DNA from: Terriglobia bacterium
GTDB lineage: Bacteria > Acidobacteriota > Terriglobia > 20CM-2-55-15
DNA length: 64,000 bases
Reading direction: 5' to 3'
Assembly (NCBI GenBank): GCA_963664115.2
Contig: CAXWPJ010000009.1
Span: 416,001 to 480,000, forward strand
The stretch's first letter is position 1, and each line of letters begins with the position of its first letter. The notes beneath the pieces are model-generated. The model saw nothing but the letters and a program-made list of their open reading frames with translations. It was not told the origin of the DNA and did not search any database. The translations under genes and the position numbers were made by a program. This document shows, piece after piece, positions 61,737 through 64,000 of this stretch.

Positions 61737-62405
61737 ATGGGTATGAGGCGAGCCAGCTTTCGTAAGATGGCAGAACTGAAAATCCTATGGGTCATCGCGA
61801 TTCTGTTGTCGATGGGCGCTGTTACATCGTGTGCTCCCGCAGAGGAGCTGACTCCGCCCGATTCTTTCCCGGCCGATGCGGATGAATCCGGGGACAGCAG
61901 TTCACCGTATGTCAATGGCACAAGTCTTGTGCTCCCCGCCGACTACCGCGAGTGGCCGTTCGTCGGCTCGGGTCTGGGTCTGACTTACTCAGAGGAAGGT
62001 GCCTCTGGGGAGAGACCGCCGTTATTCTCAAATGTTTTCGTAAACCCGGCCGCTCATCGAGGGTTTATGGAGACCGGAATATGGCCCAACGAATCCATCT
62101 TCGTTCTGGAATTTCGGCACTCTGAAACCGACGCGGCTCCCAATAACGGCGGTCGGTTTCAAGGCGACTTGTTGGGGATCGAGGCAGAGGTCAAGGATTC
62201 CCGATTTCCCGACGGCTGGGCTTTCTTTAACTTCGGGGGTGTCCCGGCTCTATTAGACGTTGCAGAACCGCTTTCCGGCGAAGCGGCTGCGCCTTGTGTC
62301 CAGTGTCACACCGAGAACACAGCGGTGGAACGCACCTTCGTACAGTTCTATCCCACGCTTCTCGAGGTCGCCCGCCGCGAGGGCACCGTAAAACCCGGAT
62401 TCTGA
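61737..62405 (+). CDS. Cytochrome P460 / c'-beta family protein
   Basis: PADYREW, NVFVNP, EVKDSRF..GWAFFNF, C-terminal CVQCH, FVQFYPTL. Confidence 0.85.
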   Translation: MGMRRASFRKMAELKILWVIAILLSMGAVTSCAPAEELTPPDSFPADADESGDSSSPYVNGTSLVLPADYREWPFVGSGLGLTYSEEGASGERPPLFSNVFVNPAAHRGFMETGIWPNESIFVLEFRHSETDAAPNNGGRFQGDLLGIEAEVKDSRFPDGWAFFNFGGVPALLDVAEPLSGEAAAPCVQCHTENTAVERTFVQFYPTLLEVARREGTVKPGF

Positions 62406-62480
62406 CGCATCAGGTCAGAGCGCGTCCCGAAATTCAGAGCGGTAAAATTGGGATACCCGAACGCGAAGTGAGGACGAGTT

Positions 62481-62969
62481 TTGAACGATTCGAGACCTGT
62501 GAACAGCAAGAACGCCGATAACGCCGGGGTCGCGTTCCATCCACCGGTACTGTTGGCAGCGGTCATTGCCCTCGCCTTCGGTGGGCGGTGGGCGTTCCCG
62601 CTCAGCTTTCTTCCGCCTCGCCTGTCCGCGACGGGTGGCCCGATTATTGTAGCCGCATCTTTTGCTTTGTTCTTTGCGTCTGTGTATACGATGCGACGGG
62701 GAGGGGGGTCCATCCCGACCGGCGAACCGACCGACGTCATTGTGAAGCAAGGCCCATACCGACTTTCGCGTAACCCGATTTATCTCAGCATGCTTTTTCT
62801 TCAGATGGGGCTCGGTGTCTGGACCAACAGCGCTGGGTTCTTCGTCCTGACCGTCGCATTCCTCGTTCTTGTGACATGGGGCGTCATCTCTCGCGAGGAA
62901 CGATATTTGGAGCGGAAATTCGGCAGCGAATATATCAGTTATAAGGCGCAAACCCGACGTTGGTTGTAG
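62481..62969 (+). CDS. Isoprenylcysteine carboxyl methyltransferase family protein
   Basis: GPYRLSRNPIYL, REERYLERKFGSEY..Y...RRWL. Confidence 0.9.
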   Translation: MNDSRPVNSKNADNAGVAFHPPVLLAAVIALAFGGRWAFPLSFLPPRLSATGGPIIVAASFALFFASVYTMRRGGGSIPTGEPTDVIVKQGPYRLSRNPIYLSMLFLQMGLGVWTNSAGFFVLTVAFLVLVTWGVISREERYLERKFGSEYISYKAQTRRWL

Positions 62970-63266
62970 AAAGGCAGTAACCGTCGCTTCCCCGCTCACA
63001 CTCCGCGAGTCAGTGCCTATTGTAAGATGTCGCTCCTGCTTACCGCTGCGGAGCGGCTCCGGGTTTTCACCGGATTCCCTGAAGCTTCTGTTGAGGCCAA
63101 ATCGCTAACGAGCGGGAGCGCGAAACGCCCTTCATGCAACGCCAATCCAAATGAATTGTCGAAGAGCGAAATAGAGCGAAGGGCAAGAGCAGACTCAGTG
63201 CCATCGACATACAACAACAGCGCGCGCAACAGTTGAAGGGAATCAGTTTGTTGTACCTTTAATGTC

Positions 63267-64000
63267 ATGAGCCCCGGTTACGACCCCCACTCGGAATATA
63301 CGCTGCGGCGCGAAGCGCGCCTGAATGATGTGCAGCAATCCGCGAAACTCTTCTTTCGAATAGCGCAGGCGCGCCTCGCAACAGCGATCACCTTTGTTCT
63401 CGTCGCGTGGATGGGCTGGTGGCGCGGTTTATTCTCGGCATCATGGTTGCTGGTTCCGGCCATGGGATTCCTGATACTGGTCATCATTCATGCGCGTCTG
63501 GACGAAAAGAAGAAGCGTGCAGAGAAAGCGGTGCACTTCTATGACGACGGACTGGCGCGGATCGAAGATCGCTGGGCCGGTCGAGGAAACTCGGAAAAGA
63601 CTTTCGTTGACGCGTCGCATCTTTTCGCCCCCGACCTGGACATATTCGGTGAAGCGTCGTTGTTTGAATTGCTGTGCACAGCCCGCACACGATCCGGCGA
63701 GCGGACCCTCGCGAGTTGGTTGACGTCCGCTGTAGACCGTAGCGAGGTTTTGGCAAGGCAGGACGCGGTGGAGGAATTACGTCATCGGCTCGATCTCCGA
63801 GAAGATCTCGCGACCCTTGCATCGAAGATCCGATCGTCGATACATCCGGATCGGATAATCGGATGGGGCGAATCGCCTCCGGTTCTGACCAGCCGCTGGG
63901 CGCGGATTGCGGCGCCGTTTCTGGCCACGGGAACTTTTTCGGCTGTCGGTGCGGTTTGGTATTCGGGCACCGATGACGCCTGGCTCGTTTTGGCCGGTCT
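63267..64000 (+). CDS. Membrane-anchored MutS-related ATPase, 5' part (runs off the window)
   Basis: Not in the track. Translated by hand: two TM helices then HLFAPDLDIFGEASLFELLCTART.SGERTLASWL...RQDAVEEL, which I recognise as the N-terminus of MutS domain-V-type proteins; ATPase domain lies beyond the edge. Confidence 0.75.
   Translation, partial: MSPGYDPHSEYTLRREARLNDVQQSAKLFFRIAQARLATAITFVLVAWMGWWRGLFSASWLLVPAMGFLILVIIHARLDEKKKRAEKAVHFYDDGLARIEDRWAGRGNSEKTFVDASHLFAPDLDIFGEASLFELLCTARTRSGERTLASWLTSAVDRSEVLARQDAVEELRHRLDLREDLATLASKIRSSIHPDRIIGWGESPPVLTSRWARIAAPFLATGTFSAVGAVWYSGTDDAWLVLAG

Noticed and set aside
63017-63268. 83-aa minus-strand ORF (and 69-aa plus-strand ORF) upstream of the MutS-related gene
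   Set aside because: No recognisable motif or RBS, so neither can be supported as a gene.

Overview
GC-rich bacterial chromosome segment that includes the replication origin. Gene content and order suggest an Acidobacteriota-like organism, but this is inference. Left arm (mostly minus strand): an ECF sigma / Zn anti-sigma-like / long TPR gene trio, a GT9 glycosyltransferase, rpsU, a GWxTD - OM barrel - PDZ histidine kinase - sigma54 regulator - degenerate Pta-like cluster, and mqnA-mqnC. Centre: gyrA-gyrB-dnaN-(oriC)-dnaA, then rpmH-rnpA-yidD-yidC-mnmE-mnmG-rsmG-(parS)-parA-parB-bactofilin-selD. The selD gene carries an in-frame UGA with a downstream SECIS-like hairpin, which the ORF track missed. 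Between selD and the atpF'-F-H-A-G-D-C operon is a ~4.5 kb accessory island. It holds a decayed tRNA, a second intact-looking class II tRNA with a Leu (UAG) anticodon on a Ser-type acceptor end (G73), an RHH gene split by an IS256 element (9-bp TSD), hicB-hicA, and a second RHH gene with a frameshifted IS1-family transposase. Right arm: orphan GspE/PilB-type ATPase plus HDOD protein, AlkZ/YcaQ-like protein, amidohydrolases, a TonB-type barrel with an LTXXQ-like N-terminus, a B3 metallo-beta-lactamase, a TolB-like propeller, a GlcG/HbpS protein, a P460-family cytochrome lacking the cross-link Lys, an ICMT-family methyltransferase and a partial MutS-related gene. The best novelty candidate is the identity-mismatched tRNA in the toxin-antitoxin island. 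All family calls come from motif recognition by eye; no database searches were run.
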